Positions 28,199 through 39,000 of a stretch of DNA of 64,000 nt are shown one piece after another. Location of the stretch: NCBI GenBank assembly GCA_964513605.1, contig CAZENN010000001.1, forward strand, positions 12,559 to 76,558. Direction: 5' to 3'. Position 1 is the stretch's first letter; every line of letters begins with the position of its first letter. This DNA is from an uncultured Oscillospiraceae bacterium. GTDB lineage: Bacteria; Bacillota; Clostridia; Oscillospirales; Oscillospiraceae. The notes beneath the pieces were generated by a model. That model was not told the origin of the DNA, searched no databases, and saw only the letters and a list, made by a program, of their open reading frames with translations. A program made the position numbers and the translations under genes.

Positions 28199-29560
28199 AT
28201 GAATGAATATACAGATCGACCGGATTATGAGCAGGAGCAATTCCCTTGGAGCGGTGATGCCTATACCTATCAGGTTCCTTTTGCTCAGGAACCATCTGTG
28301 ACACCACAGCCCCCGGAGGATAAACATACTGCCAAAAAGAAAAAGAAGAAGGGGCATGGATGCAAGCTGATTGCTGTGGCACTGTGTTGCTCATTACTTG
28401 GCGGGGCGGTTGGAGCAGGCGGTGTTCTTATTGGACAACGGTATTACACAGATGATAAAGAACAGGTCGTTGGTACAGTTGATGATCGTGAAAATACTAC
28501 ATTACTGGAGGGAGTGCGGGAAAACTCCGTCATAGAAACAGTTCAGATCGAAACCGGAACGATTTTAAGTGCTGCGGAAGTCTATGCTGCCAACGTTAAT
28601 TCCACTGTGGGCATTACGACATCCATTACTACAAATTTCTGGGGATATCAGTCCACATCAGCAGCCTCTGGTTCTGGGTTTATCATTTCTGATGACGGAT
28701 ATATTTTAACTAATTTCCATGTCATTGAGTCATCCAGTAGTATTACGGTTGCACTCTTTAATGGTGAAACCTATGAAGCATGGGTTGTTGGGTATGATGA
28801 GAGCAACGATATTGCGGTCTTGAAGATCGATGCTGTTGGATTGAGTCCGGTGGTTTTGGGTGACTCAGATAATATGAATGTGGGAGACGATGTTGTAGCC
28901 ATTGGAAATCCTCTGGGAGAGCTTACCTTCTCGTTAACAGCGGGGAAGATCAGCGCAAAGGATCGGGAGGTTACATTTTCCAATTCCGTAACGATGAACC
29001 TGATGCAAACGGATTGCGCCATCAATTCCGGAAACTCCGGCGGTGCTCTCTTCAATATGTATGGAGAAGTGGTTGGGGTCACCAATGCGAAATACTCCAG
29101 CTCTTCCAGCGGCGCGTCCATCGATAACATTGGCTTCGCGATTCCAATCAATTCGATCCGGTCTATTGTTGAGAGTGTTATTGAAAAAGGATATGTGTCC
29201 AAGCCATATGTGGGTGTGACGGTGTCCGATGTGGCGCAGGAGTATCAGATCTATGGCTTGCCGCAGGGTGCTTCGATACAGAGCGTTACAGCAGACAGTC
29301 CTGCTGAGCAAGCGGGTTTGCGGGTTGGAGACATCATCACCAGTGCCGGCGATCAGACCGTGACAGGGGGAAATGATTTTATAAAGCTGGTACAATCTTC
29401 TGCTGTAGGCGATGAATTGAAGCTCACGGTTTACCGAAAGGGCAGCAGCATCGAGCTCGTTGTCACAATTGGTGAGAAGATTGAATCTTCACAGGAAAAT
29501 CAACAGGAGCAGACCAATCAGGGAGAATTCCCATGGGGATACGGCGGTTTTGGGAACTGA
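28199..29560 (+). CDS. htrA: HtrA-like serine protease with PDZ domain
   Basis: TM anchor, GSGFI, LTNFHV, DIAVLK, AINSGNSGG, PDZ. Confidence 0.92.
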   Translation: MNEYTDRPDYEQEQFPWSGDAYTYQVPFAQEPSVTPQPPEDKHTAKKKKKKGHGCKLIAVALCCSLLGGAVGAGGVLIGQRYYTDDKEQVVGTVDDRENTTLLEGVRENSVIETVQIETGTILSAAEVYAANVNSTVGITTSITTNFWGYQSTSAASGSGFIISDDGYILTNFHVIESSSSITVALFNGETYEAWVVGYDESNDIAVLKIDAVGLSPVVLGDSDNMNVGDDVVAIGNPLGELTFSLTAGKISAKDREVTFSNSVTMNLMQTDCAINSGNSGGALFNMYGEVVGVTNAKYSSSSSGASIDNIGFAIPINSIRSIVESVIEKGYVSKPYVGVTVSDVAQEYQIYGLPQGASIQSVTADSPAEQAGLRVGDIITSAGDQTVTGGNDFIKLVQSSAVGDELKLTVYRKGSSIELVVTIGEKIESSQENQQEQTNQGEFPWGYGGFGN

Positions 29561-29573
29561 ATTACCTAAATAT

Positions 29574-29607
29574 TTCATCACCTCTGCCATATGGCAGAGG
29601 TGATGAA
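29574..29607 (+). terminator. Hairpin terminator after htrA
   Basis: ttcatcacctctgcc-atat-ggcagaggtgatgaa. Confidence 0.75.
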
Positions 29608-29617
29608 TATTCGGGGG

Positions 29618-29646
29618 TTGACAGAATGACTTTTTTTCATTATAAT
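29618..29646 (+). promoter_or_regulatory. Consensus sigma-A promoter of the tRNA gene
   Basis: TTGACA-17 bp-TATAAT. Confidence 0.9.
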
Positions 29647-29656
29647 ACCATGGTAA

Positions 29657-29733
29657 CGGGGTGTGGCGAAGTTTGGTATCGCGCTTGGTTCGGGTCCAAG
29701 AGGCCTCGGGTTCGAATCCCGACACTCCGACCA
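29657..29733 (+). tRNA. tRNA-Pro (anticodon CGG)
   Basis: Cloverleaf: acceptor cggggtg/cactccg, anticodon arm cttgg-ttCGGgt-ccaag, T arm tcggg-ttcgaat-cccga, encoded CCA. Confidence 0.97.
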
Positions 29734-29737
29734 ATGC

Positions 29738-29768
29738 AACAGGGGCTGCGCTGCAGCCTCTGTTTTTT
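29738..29768 (+). terminator. Intrinsic terminator after the tRNA
   Basis: acaggggctgc-gct-gcagcctctgt followed by a T-run. Confidence 0.8.
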
Positions 29769-29794
29769 AAGTGAAAGAGAGGGGATGAATTACT

Positions 29795-30520
29795 GTGGGT
29801 TGGTATATTTTGCTGTCTTTCCTTGGTGTGCTGCTTTTGCTGATTCTGTTCCTTTTGGCATGTGGAATTGGGGTATCAACGAAAAAATACTACACAAAGG
29901 AAAGCCGCTTTTACCGGGGCTTAGTGAATACCCTTGCCGCTGTGATCTTAAAGCTGGGCAGGGTAAAGCTTCGTGTTAGCGGCGAGGAAAAACTTCCTGA
30001 AGGAAAAAAGATTTTGTTTGTAGGCAACCATCTTTCAAACTTTGATCCTTTGGTAACCTTCTATGCGTTTCGTCCCTGGCGGATTTCTTATATTGCGAAG
30101 GCTTCAATTTTGAATTTGCCGTTGTTTGGAAGATATATCCGCCGTTGCTGCTTTATGGATATTGATCGGGAAAACCCCAGAAATGCCCTTGTTACCATTA
30201 ACAGGGCTGCGGAGCTGCTGAAGGAAAATGAGGTCTCGATTGGCGTATACCCTGAGGGAACACGATCAAAAACCGGAGAGCTGCTGCCATTCCATAATGG
30301 CGTCTTTAAGATTGCCCAAAAAGCGGATACAGATATTGCGGTTGTTGCGCTTCATGGCACAAATATGATCGCTAAGAATTTCCCATTACACCAAACTGAC
30401 GTTTATGTGGATATTCTGGAGGTCATTCCTGCTCAAAAACTTGATCGCAAGACGGATGTTATCGGAAAACGTGTAGAAGAGCTTTTGATAGAATACAAAA
30501 GAAAGAGAGAATGCGAATAA
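29795..30520 (+). CDS. plsC: 1-acyl-sn-glycerol-3-phosphate acyltransferase
   Basis: NHLSNFD, YPEGTRS. Confidence 0.88.
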   Translation: MGWYILLSFLGVLLLLILFLLACGIGVSTKKYYTKESRFYRGLVNTLAAVILKLGRVKLRVSGEEKLPEGKKILFVGNHLSNFDPLVTFYAFRPWRISYIAKASILNLPLFGRYIRRCCFMDIDRENPRNALVTINRAAELLKENEVSIGVYPEGTRSKTGELLPFHNGVFKIAQKADTDIAVVALHGTNMIAKNFPLHQTDVYVDILEVIPAQKLDRKTDVIGKRVEELLIEYKRKRECE

Positions 30521-31389
30521 TGAGTCAGGTATATGTACTGTATAACCCGTTATCAGGTAGTCGGACTGGTATAGAGGATGCTCGAAAAGCTGCGGCTTTC
30601 TTTAAAGAGAAGGAAATCATTTATCAGGACATTACCCAGCTCGAGGATTACAGTGCCCTTTTTGCAGGACTTTCGAATGATGATGAAATCATCATTTGTG
30701 GCGGAGATGGAACTTTGAGTAGGTTTGCCAATGCAATTGCGAAGCTGAGTTTTGATAATTGCTTATATTATTATGCCACCGGCAGTGGAAATGATTTTCT
30801 TCGAGATATTGGTAAAACGATTGAAGCTGGTCCAGTCAAAATCAATGATTACATAAAAAATCTCCCAATGGTTGTGGTTGATGGCAGATCCTATTATTTT
30901 ATCAATGGTGTTGGTTATGGCATTGATGGTTATTGCTGCGAAGTGGGGGAAGCTCTGCGCACTAAAGGTAAAAAGCCCAATTATACCGGTATTGCGATAA
31001 AAGGGATTTTATTTCACCACAAGGCGGCTAATGCGACGGTAACTGTTGATGGAAAAAAGTATCACTATAAGCGAGTATGGATCGCCCCAACCATGCATGG
31101 TCGTTATTACGGTGGCGGCATGATGGCGGCTCCCGATCAGGTACGCAACACTCCTGAAAAGGGAATTACGCTGATGTTGATGCATAAAGCAGGTCGGCTT
31201 GCTACTCTGTGTGTTTTCCCCTCGATTTTCAGCGGAAAGCATGTGAATCATCACAGGACGGTGGCCGTCCATAACGGAACGGATATAACGGTTGAATTTG
31301 ATCGCCCGACTACGCTTCAAATAGACGGTGAAGTGATATTGAACGTAACGAAATATCGGGCCTGTTCCAAGGTACCTGCAAAAATTTAG
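30520..31389 (+). CDS. Diacylglycerol kinase family lipid kinase
   Basis: YNPLSG, GGDGT, GSGNDF, QIDGE. Confidence 0.88.
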   Translation: MSQVYVLYNPLSGSRTGIEDARKAAAFFKEKEIIYQDITQLEDYSALFAGLSNDDEIIICGGDGTLSRFANAIAKLSFDNCLYYYATGSGNDFLRDIGKTIEAGPVKINDYIKNLPMVVVDGRSYYFINGVGYGIDGYCCEVGEALRTKGKKPNYTGIAIKGILFHHKAANATVTVDGKKYHYKRVWIAPTMHGRYYGGGMMAAPDQVRNTPEKGITLMLMHKAGRLATLCVFPSIFSGKHVNHHRTVAVHNGTDITVEFDRPTTLQIDGEVILNVTKYRACSKVPAKI

Positions 31390-31404
31390 TGACATTAAGA
31401 TGAA

Positions 31405-31428
31405 TGCCGGGAGAAATCCCGGCATTTA
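31405..31428 (+). terminator. Intrinsic terminator
   Basis: atgccggga-gaaa-tcccggcat followed by tt. Confidence 0.65.
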
Positions 31429-31472
31429 TCATGTCGAGAATGGGCTGATTGCATAAATTTGACCTGTTTTGC

Positions 31473-31501
31473 TTGACTGCTTATGGCGGTTATGATAAAA
31501 T
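31473..31501 (+). promoter_or_regulatory. sigma-A promoter of the redoxin-lipoprotein operon
   Basis: TTGACT-17 bp-TAAAAT with extended TG. Confidence 0.65.
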
Positions 31502-31563
31502 CAGGCTGAGCAATGCCGAAAGAACAGTGTTTTAGTAAAAATTTTTTAATCAGGAGGATCAGG

Positions 31564-34419
31564 ATGACTAACATGAAGAAAATGATCTCAATGCTGCTTG
31601 TTGCTGCTATGGTGTGTTCACTGTTTGCTATGGTTACGGGCTGCAAATCCGATGAAGGAAATGGCGGCGATGCGTCGGATGCAACAACCGCAGCCTCCGA
31701 CGCAACAGGTAACGATTCTGGTAAAACTGGAACGTATCAGGTAACAGTAAAGACAGTCGGCGGCATGGCACTGGAGGGAGTTGCAGTATATGTATATGCC
31801 GACAGCACTTTGACGGATTTGAAGAATTACGGTGAGACGGATGCACAAGGGTGCGTTTCTTTGGAACTGCCTGTAAACTCCGATTACGCAATTGATCTGG
31901 AGGGGGTTCCGGCGGGTTATGAACTGGAGGACTCATATACCTTCTCGGGCAATGCAGCGGAAATTGTCCTTAATTCTTCTCTTGTTAAAGATGAGAGCTT
32001 GTCCGGGGCATCTTTAGGGCTGGGAGATGTTATGTATGATTTCTCCATCACAACAGCTGCCGGTGAAACGGTAACGCTTTCCGAGGTTCTGGCTGAGAAG
32101 AAGATGGTTTTGCTGAACTTCTTCTATACCAGTTGCGGTCCCTGTGTTACGGAGTTCCCTTATATGCAGGAGGCTTACGAACGCTATCAGGATACTGTTG
32201 GCATCATTGCGCTGGACCCAATCGATGATACTGCTGCAGTAGCGGGCTTCCAGTCCAGCATGGGGCTGACCTTCCCGATGGCAGCTTGTCAGAGTGCATG
32301 GTCTCAGACCTTTAATGTCAGTGGCTATCCAACTTCTATTGTCATTGATCGTTACGGCGTGATTTGTCTGATTGAGGTGGGCGGCTTGACCAGTGCCCGT
32401 CCATTTAACAGCGTTTTTGAGACCTTCTCTGCTGATGATTATGAGCAAAAGATCTACAACAGTTTGGATGAAGTAGTCACAAAAATCAAGCCTGACTATA
32501 CCATGGCATCCTCTGAAGAGATTGGTGCATTGATCAACAATGGCGATATCGCAATTACTTACCGCTCTGAGGAGGATGATGAGTATTCCTGGCCCTTTAT
32601 TGCCGGTGAAAAGAACGGCGAATCTTGTTTGTATGCATCCAATCAACAGGTTGAGGCTTCCTATGCGATTCTTTATGCTGACGTTACCTTGAAAGCAGGG
32701 GAGGCTGTAGGCTTTGACTACCTGATTTCCTCTGAACAGGGGGCGGATGTTCTTCATGTGATCGTTAATGACGAACCGATTTATACGATCTCCGGTGTAT
32801 CGGACCCAGAGAAATGGAAGTCTGCCTATCCTTGGGTTGCTCCTCAGGATGGTATCTATGAGGTGGCCCTTTGCTATATCAAGGATGACACAACGGATGA
32901 GGGCGACGATACCGTTTATATAAAAAATATGCGCGTTGTGTCTTCTGATGCGATTGATGTTGAGACCTACATTCCTCAATATGCAGCAACCAGTGAAGAC
33001 GGTTTTGAGTATACCTATGTAGACATCGTTCTCAATGAAAAGGATGGCTACTACCATGTTGGTTTGGCGGATGGTCCGTTGCTTCTTGTTGATATGATGG
33101 GATATACTGCATTTAACGAGGAAGTCACTCTGTGGGATCTGGCTTATAACGGTGATATCACCTTGGATGGGCATGATTATTATGAGGATCTTGAGATATT
33201 CTTCTCCTATTCATCTAACTCATCTCTGAATGGTGTTTGCACGGTTAATCAGAGGCTTGGTGAGCTCCTGAAGATTGTCGATCAGGTGGTCGGTTTTGAT
33301 GATGCGGATGATAATGAATGGTTGAAGTTCTGTAAATACTATCAGGTTTACGGTACTGATGGCGTTCAACTTGAAGACCCGATCAAGGGTCTGGCTCCCT
33401 TCTCCGCGTACGAAGCGAAGTTAGGTAAGAATATTGAGTCAAACTCCTTCTACTACAGCACTGCGATCATTCCTAGAGGTAAGCTTGCAAAGTTTGTCCC
33501 CTCTAAGTCCGGTGTTTACCGCATTACATCTCGAAATGAGTCTACGCAGGGCGTTGAGGGCTGGATTTTTGATGACCAGCGTAATGAGCTTTACTGCTAT
33601 GAAATGTGCGAGAGAATGTATAGCGACTCAAATAATGTATCCATGCTGTATTATATGGAGGCTGGAACGCCTTACTTCATCGATATTGCGTTCTGGGATG
33701 TCTATGAAGTGGGTACCATCTACTATGATATCGAGTATGTTGCGGCAGAGCTTGAACTGTTCCGTCTTGCGTCTCCTGGTTACTTCACTTATGATACGGA
33801 TGCCACCGGCGAAGCAATGTATCATACCATTGCAGGCGGCATTGACGTTGTTCTGAACGATGACGGTTACTATTACGAGGATCTTGGCGAGGATGAAAAC
33901 GGCAATCAGATTTACGGCAGTATGCTGTACGCTGATTTTACCGGTGTGACCAATCTTTTCTCCAATCCGATCGCTACGGTTGAAGGTGAGGACGAAAATG
34001 GTGATCCTGTTGAAGTAAAGGGCTTGATTTCCTTGGGAGGCTTTGACTTCCAGAAGACAGAGGGAGATTTGTACATTCTGGCCTTCTTGGAAGCTCGCAA
34101 CAACGATATAGATGCCACCAGAGAGTATCTTAAGACCATGTGGGGCGAGGATTTTGATGCCAATGCTGAGTTGTATCAGATCGAGGATGTATTTGCCGGT
34201 CGCTATCATGGTACCGGCGAGGATTTGACGGAAGAAATCAGTGGTTATCTTTCAAAAATATACAAAGGTTCGGCAGAGGAACGTGTGGGCTGCGTACCGG
34301 TCGATGCAAGACTTGCAGAGATTCTTCAGCTTGTGATGGATAAATATACATTCGAAAACATTGACCATTCTTGGACAAAGCTTTGCTATTATTACGACTA
34401 TCTTGGTCCCGATGCGTAA
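31564..34419 (+). CDS. Large acidic lipoprotein: prealbumin/CnaB-like domain, TlpA-like thioredoxin (CGPC), beta domains and a duplicated unknown domain
   Basis: AGGAGG then ATG 31564; lipobox VTGC; VLLNFFYTSCGPCVTEFP..GYPTSIVIDRYG. Confidence 0.75.
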   Translation: MTNMKKMISMLLVAAMVCSLFAMVTGCKSDEGNGGDASDATTAASDATGNDSGKTGTYQVTVKTVGGMALEGVAVYVYADSTLTDLKNYGETDAQGCVSLELPVNSDYAIDLEGVPAGYELEDSYTFSGNAAEIVLNSSLVKDESLSGASLGLGDVMYDFSITTAAGETVTLSEVLAEKKMVLLNFFYTSCGPCVTEFPYMQEAYERYQDTVGIIALDPIDDTAAVAGFQSSMGLTFPMAACQSAWSQTFNVSGYPTSIVIDRYGVICLIEVGGLTSARPFNSVFETFSADDYEQKIYNSLDEVVTKIKPDYTMASSEEIGALINNGDIAITYRSEEDDEYSWPFIAGEKNGESCLYASNQQVEASYAILYADVTLKAGEAVGFDYLISSEQGADVLHVIVNDEPIYTISGVSDPEKWKSAYPWVAPQDGIYEVALCYIKDDTTDEGDDTVYIKNMRVVSSDAIDVETYIPQYAATSEDGFEYTYVDIVLNEKDGYYHVGLADGPLLLVDMMGYTAFNEEVTLWDLAYNGDITLDGHDYYEDLEIFFSYSSNSSLNGVCTVNQRLGELLKIVDQVVGFDDADDNEWLKFCKYYQVYGTDGVQLEDPIKGLAPFSAYEAKLGKNIESNSFYYSTAIIPRGKLAKFVPSKSGVYRITSRNESTQGVEGWIFDDQRNELYCYEMCERMYSDSNNVSMLYYMEAGTPYFIDIAFWDVYEVGTIYYDIEYVAAELELFRLASPGYFTYDTDATGEAMYHTIAGGIDVVLNDDGYYYEDLGEDENGNQIYGSMLYADFTGVTNLFSNPIATVEGEDENGDPVEVKGLISLGGFDFQKTEGDLYILAFLEARNNDIDATREYLKTMWGEDFDANAELYQIEDVFAGRYHGTGEDLTEEISGYLSKIYKGSAEERVGCVPVDARLAEILQLVMDKYTFENIDHSWTKLCYYYDYLGPDA

Positions 34420-34439
34420 GTAAATCGGGGGCAACGATT

Positions 34440-35342
34440 ATGGCAAAGAAATTTAAATCTGGTTATGTTGTTGTGCTACTTTTGGCAATTTTTGCATTCT
34501 TGGTTGGGTGCGAGGATGCTCCAATTGAGCCATCGGCAACGAACCCATCTCAATTGACGTACTGTGTGCAGGTTCAGACAGATCTTGCATTGCCGTTGGT
34601 AGATGTGAAGGTGTTTGTCTATGAGGATATGTCGCAGGAAGAATTGGTTTGTGTAGGCAAAACGAATGCCGATGGCGAAATATCCTTCCGTGCGGAAGCG
34701 TCTTTGGATTATGTTGCGGTCCTTGAGGATGAGCCAATTGGGTATACCATCGAACCGTATTACGCCATATCCGAAGAGAAGACTGTGATTTGTCTTTCTG
34801 CCAGAGAGTTGACACCGGAAGAAATGGAGAACCATCGGTATTCTCTGGGGGACAGGATGCTGGATTTTTCTGTGACAGATTGCGATGGTCAGGTGTATAC
34901 GCTTTCGGAACTTCTGAAGGAAAAGCGAGCGGTAGTTCTGAATTTCTGGTTCATTAACTGTGTACCCTGTAAAATGGAATTTCCCTATTTGCAGGAAACT
35001 TACGAGCGGTATAGCGACGGTGTGGCTTTTTTAGCACTCAATCCTGTAGATGGCACAGCGGAAGAAATCAGTGCTTTTAAAGCAACTAATGATTTGACAT
35101 TTCCGATGGGACAATGCGATTTGAATTGGCAGAGTCTGATGGGAATTTCCGCATATCCGACCACGGTAATTGTAGACCGTAATGGATACATCTGTCTGAT
35201 ACATGAGGGGATGTTTACGGACAGCACAATGCTTTGCAACGCTATGGATTATTTTTTGGCGGATGATTATGAGCAGATATTTTTTGAATCCATCGAACAA
35301 ATTCCCACATTGACTGGAAGCGATGATGCTTCTGGGGTATAA
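34440..35342 (+). CDS. TlpA-family disulfide reductase lipoprotein (CVPC)
   Basis: Lipobox LVGC; VVLNFWFINCVPCKMEFP..AYPTTVIVDRNG; paralogous to the N-terminal third of the upstream gene. Confidence 0.82.
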   Translation: MAKKFKSGYVVVLLLAIFAFLVGCEDAPIEPSATNPSQLTYCVQVQTDLALPLVDVKVFVYEDMSQEELVCVGKTNADGEISFRAEASLDYVAVLEDEPIGYTIEPYYAISEEKTVICLSARELTPEEMENHRYSLGDRMLDFSVTDCDGQVYTLSELLKEKRAVVLNFWFINCVPCKMEFPYLQETYERYSDGVAFLALNPVDGTAEEISAFKATNDLTFPMGQCDLNWQSLMGISAYPTTVIVDRNGYICLIHEGMFTDSTMLCNAMDYFLADDYEQIFFESIEQIPTLTGSDDASGV

Positions 35343-35357
35343 TTAGGAGGTATTACA

Positions 35358-35807
35358 ATGAGCTATGTGAAACGTCTTTTGGTTTTGGTTCTGACTTTGG
35401 GGATTGTGCTGTGCTTGTGTGCCTGCGGTGGCACCTCTGAGGATCAGACATCTTCTGACACAACAACTGCGGCTACGACGCAGGGAAATGAGACAACTGA
35501 AGCAACGGCGGCTTCTGACGATCAGACCGAGCCCTCGGAAGAAGTGGCAGAGCCCAGCTACTCCGTAACGGTTGTTGACGAAGCTGGCAATCCTGTAGTG
35601 GGTGTTATGCTGCAAATGTGCTTGGATACTTGCGTACCCGGTAAAACTAACGAAAATGGTGTAGCGGAATTTTTTCTTGAGGAAGCAGACTATAAGGTCA
35701 GTCTGCTGAATATGCCCGAGGGCTACGACTACGCTACTGAAGAACAAGAGTGGTATTTCTCTGAGGGAGAGAATACCATGACGATTACTCTGAAAAACGT
35801 AGGTTGA
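35358..35807 (+). CDS. Small lipoprotein with a prealbumin-like domain carrying CxxxC
   Basis: Lipobox LCAC; T/S/E linker; YSVTVVDEAGNPVVGVMLQMCLDTCVPGKTNENG. Confidence 0.75.
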   Translation: MSYVKRLLVLVLTLGIVLCLCACGGTSEDQTSSDTTTAATTQGNETTEATAASDDQTEPSEEVAEPSYSVTVVDEAGNPVVGVMLQMCLDTCVPGKTNENGVAEFFLEEADYKVSLLNMPEGYDYATEEQEWYFSEGENTMTITLKNVG

Positions 35808-35831
35808 TTGTTTTTAAGGCTGATAATACGG

Positions 35832-35860
35832 ACCACCCCTTGATGGGGTGGTTTCGTTTT
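35832..35860 (+). terminator. Intrinsic terminator
   Basis: accacccc-ttgat-ggggtggt followed by ttcgtttt. Confidence 0.75.
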
Positions 35861-35964
35861 GCTTTTTTGAGGGTTAATGGAATGAGATTTTGTTGATCGT
35901 ATAGGAAAAATAAACAAAAATGTCGTTACCAAAGAAATAATTTACTTTCTTTTGTATAGAAATC

Positions 35965-35993
35965 TTGCATTTGCGTCGAAAATAGAGTATTAT
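35965..35993 (+). promoter_or_regulatory. sigma-A promoter of the protease-opp operon
   Basis: TTGCAT-17 bp-TATTAT. Confidence 0.55.
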
Positions 35994-36049
35994 AAAAACT
36001 GGTATATACTGCCTAGCTGAGTATAAATGAAAGAAGGGCGATTGTACAA

Positions 36050-39000
36050 ATGAAGATGAAATCCAAAGTAAAAGTATTGCGTGCGTCATTTATCTGCTTG
36101 TTGGTAGCAGCAATGACTGCTGGCATACTGGCTTTTCCCCGAAGTCAGGCCTCCGGTTATGAAGCTTCCCATATCGAGCTGATCGATAACGCACCGGCGG
36201 CGAATATTCAGGATTACCTGGATAGTTCTGTCATGTTCCAGTTATCAGATAAAATCGGTGATGATGAAGATATTTCTGTTATCATTACAGTTGATGAGAA
36301 TAATCTGATGGATGCCTACGAGGATACGGATAAAACAATGAGCTTCCGTGATTATGCCCTTTATAGTGATGCTTCAATGACGATTCAACAGTCGGTGGCT
36401 GCTCAGAAGACTGAGATTCTTACAACCCTGACTGAAAAGGGAATTGATTTCACTACAGGGCATGAATACGCTACCTTGCTCAGCGGTTTTGAGATCGTGA
36501 TCAAAGCTCGTGATTTTGAGGCAACCTGTCAGTCTCTTGGAGATGGTCAGGGGATCATTGTCAGCGAGGTGTATGAGCAGGCGGATACTCAGCTTGTGGA
36601 AAATGAGGTTAACGTTTTTGATACCGGCATTTTTGATACCACAGGATCTGTTTATGATGGCAGTGGGATGGTTGTAGCTGTATTGGATACAGGTTTGGAT
36701 TCTAACCATTCTGCCTTTTCTGTAGAGAATTTCACCTCTGATACGTTGGGGTTGACATACGAAGATGTGGCTGCCGTGGTGAGTCAGACTACTGCTTATA
36801 AGCAGTTTGGCACATTGACGGTGGACGATGTTTACATCAATGAGAAGGTTCCGTTCGGATTTGATTACGCCGACAACGATCCTGACGTCTATTCCACCCA
36901 TAATAACCACGGTACCCATGTGTCCGGCGTTATTGTTGGTAAGGATGATGTGATCACAGGCGCCGCTCCCAATGCACAGCTGGTCTCCATGAAGATATTC
37001 TCTGATGTTGTGGATACGGCCAGAGCCAGCTGGATTTTATCTGCCCTTGAGGATTGCGTTGTTCTTGGCGTAGATGTAATCAATATGTCCTTGGGTACAG
37101 CCTGCGGTTTTGGGCGTGAGTCTGACGAAGAAGTCATGAACGGCGTTTATGATAAGATTCGCAATGCAGGCATTACGGTGATTGCCGCTGCTTCCAACAG
37201 TTACAACTCATCCTATGGTTCAGAGAAAAACGGCAATCTGCCTTTGACCTCTAATCCGGATTCCGGAACAGTTGGTTCGCCCTCAACATATGATGGCGTT
37301 CTGTCGGTTGCGTCCATCAGCGGTGAAGAGACCCCGTATTTGATGTATGGCGAGCGTATCATCTACTTTACCGAAGCGAACAGCGGTTCAGCGGAGGAGT
37401 TGGATTTTGTAGAAACACTGCTGGGAGATCAGGAGACCCTCGAAATTGGGTATGTACTTATTCCCGGTGTAGGTCGTAGCGCGGATTATACGGGTTTGGA
37501 CATAACCGGTAAGATTGCCCTTGTTCGCCGTGGCGATAATACCTTTGAGGAAAAGGCGATGATTGCTGAGGCACAAGGTGCTGCGGGTATTTTGATTTAC
37601 AATAATGTGTCTGGTGATATTAAGATGAATGTCGGAGACGCAAAGCTGGCAGTTTGCTCCATCTCACAGGATGATGGTGAGGCTCTGGCGGCAGCAGGTT
37701 CCGGAACGATCAAGCTGAGCAAAGCTCAGACCTCCGGACCTTTTATCTCTGATTTTTCCTCTTGGGGTCCCACACCCAGTTTAGGTATCAAGCCAGAGAT
37801 CACCGCGCATGGCGGTAACATCCTTTCTTCCGTAACCGGCGGCGGTTATGATCGGCTCTCTGGTACCTCTATGGCGTGTCCGAATTTGGCAGGTCTTGCT
37901 ATTTTGCTGCGACAGTATGTCACGGAGAATTTCTCTGAGATTGCGGATGATCCCGTTCAGGTTGCAGCTATGGTCAATAAGCTAATGATGTCAACTGCGG
38001 ACATTGCACTGAACACCAACGGCTTGCCTTATTCTGTCCGAAAGCAAGGAGCAGGTTTAGCGAATCTCTTCGGGGCACTGGAAACACCTGCATATATTAC
38101 AACATATGACAGCGAAGGCAATGAAATGGATACTCCCAAACTGGAGTTGGGTGATGATCCTGAGAAGAGCGGCGTTTATGAAATGAGCTTTACTGTCGAG
38201 AATTTCGGATCTTCTGTTCTCTCTTACAATATTGGTTCTTATGTCATGACTGAGGGGGTCAGCGATACCAAGACCAATGCAGGCGAAACAACAGTTACAG
38301 AGGAAGCGTATCTCCTCGGCGGTGCCGATGTTCAGATCTGCGATGTTTCCGGTGGCACCCTCAGCGAAAAAACACTAACAGTTGCAGCAGGGGAGAGTGC
38401 TAAAGTTACGGTCAAGATCACCCTGAGCGATGCGGATAAAGAATATCTGAACAAGTCCTTCGCTAACGGTATGTATGTAGAAGGGTATATCACGCTGACG
38501 GCATCCTCAGGTACGGATGTAGATTTGAGCGTTCCTTATCTTGCATTCTATGGTGACTGGAATCAGGCCCCTCTGTTTGACATGGAATATTATGAGACCA
38601 ATGCGGATGAGTTGGATGATGCCATCCCTGTAGAGGATAAGGTCATGCCCGATGCCTATGCAACCAGACCCATTGGCGGTGTCTATGACGACTATGTCAG
38701 TTACTTGGGTACATATTACTTTCTCCAGAACCCAGAGGATATTGTTATCCCGGCACAGAAGAATCATATTTCACTGTCCAATCAGGAGGGCACCATTCAC
38801 TCGCTTCGATATGTGTGGGCGGGTCTCCTGAGAAATGCCTCAAAGGTTGTGATCACTATTACAAATGATGCTACCGGCGAGCTGATTTATGAGACCACGG
38901 ATTACGATGTAAGAAAATCCTATGGTGATGGCGGATCTATTTATCCAGCCAATATTGAGGTGGATTTTGATACCACTCAATTCAACTTACCCAACAATTC

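Noticed and set aside
29657..29733. tRNA-Pro as the integration site of the downstream locus
   Set aside because: No integrase and no duplicated tRNA 3' end seen; the next genes are ordinary lipid enzymes
31525..31550. CodY box upstream of the redoxin operon
   Set aside because: About five mismatches to AATTTTCWGAAAATT in AT-rich DNA
31564..35342. TlpA proteins as cytochrome c maturation factors or selenoproteins
   Set aside because: No CxxCH proteins or ccm/res genes nearby; all redox motifs use Cys codons
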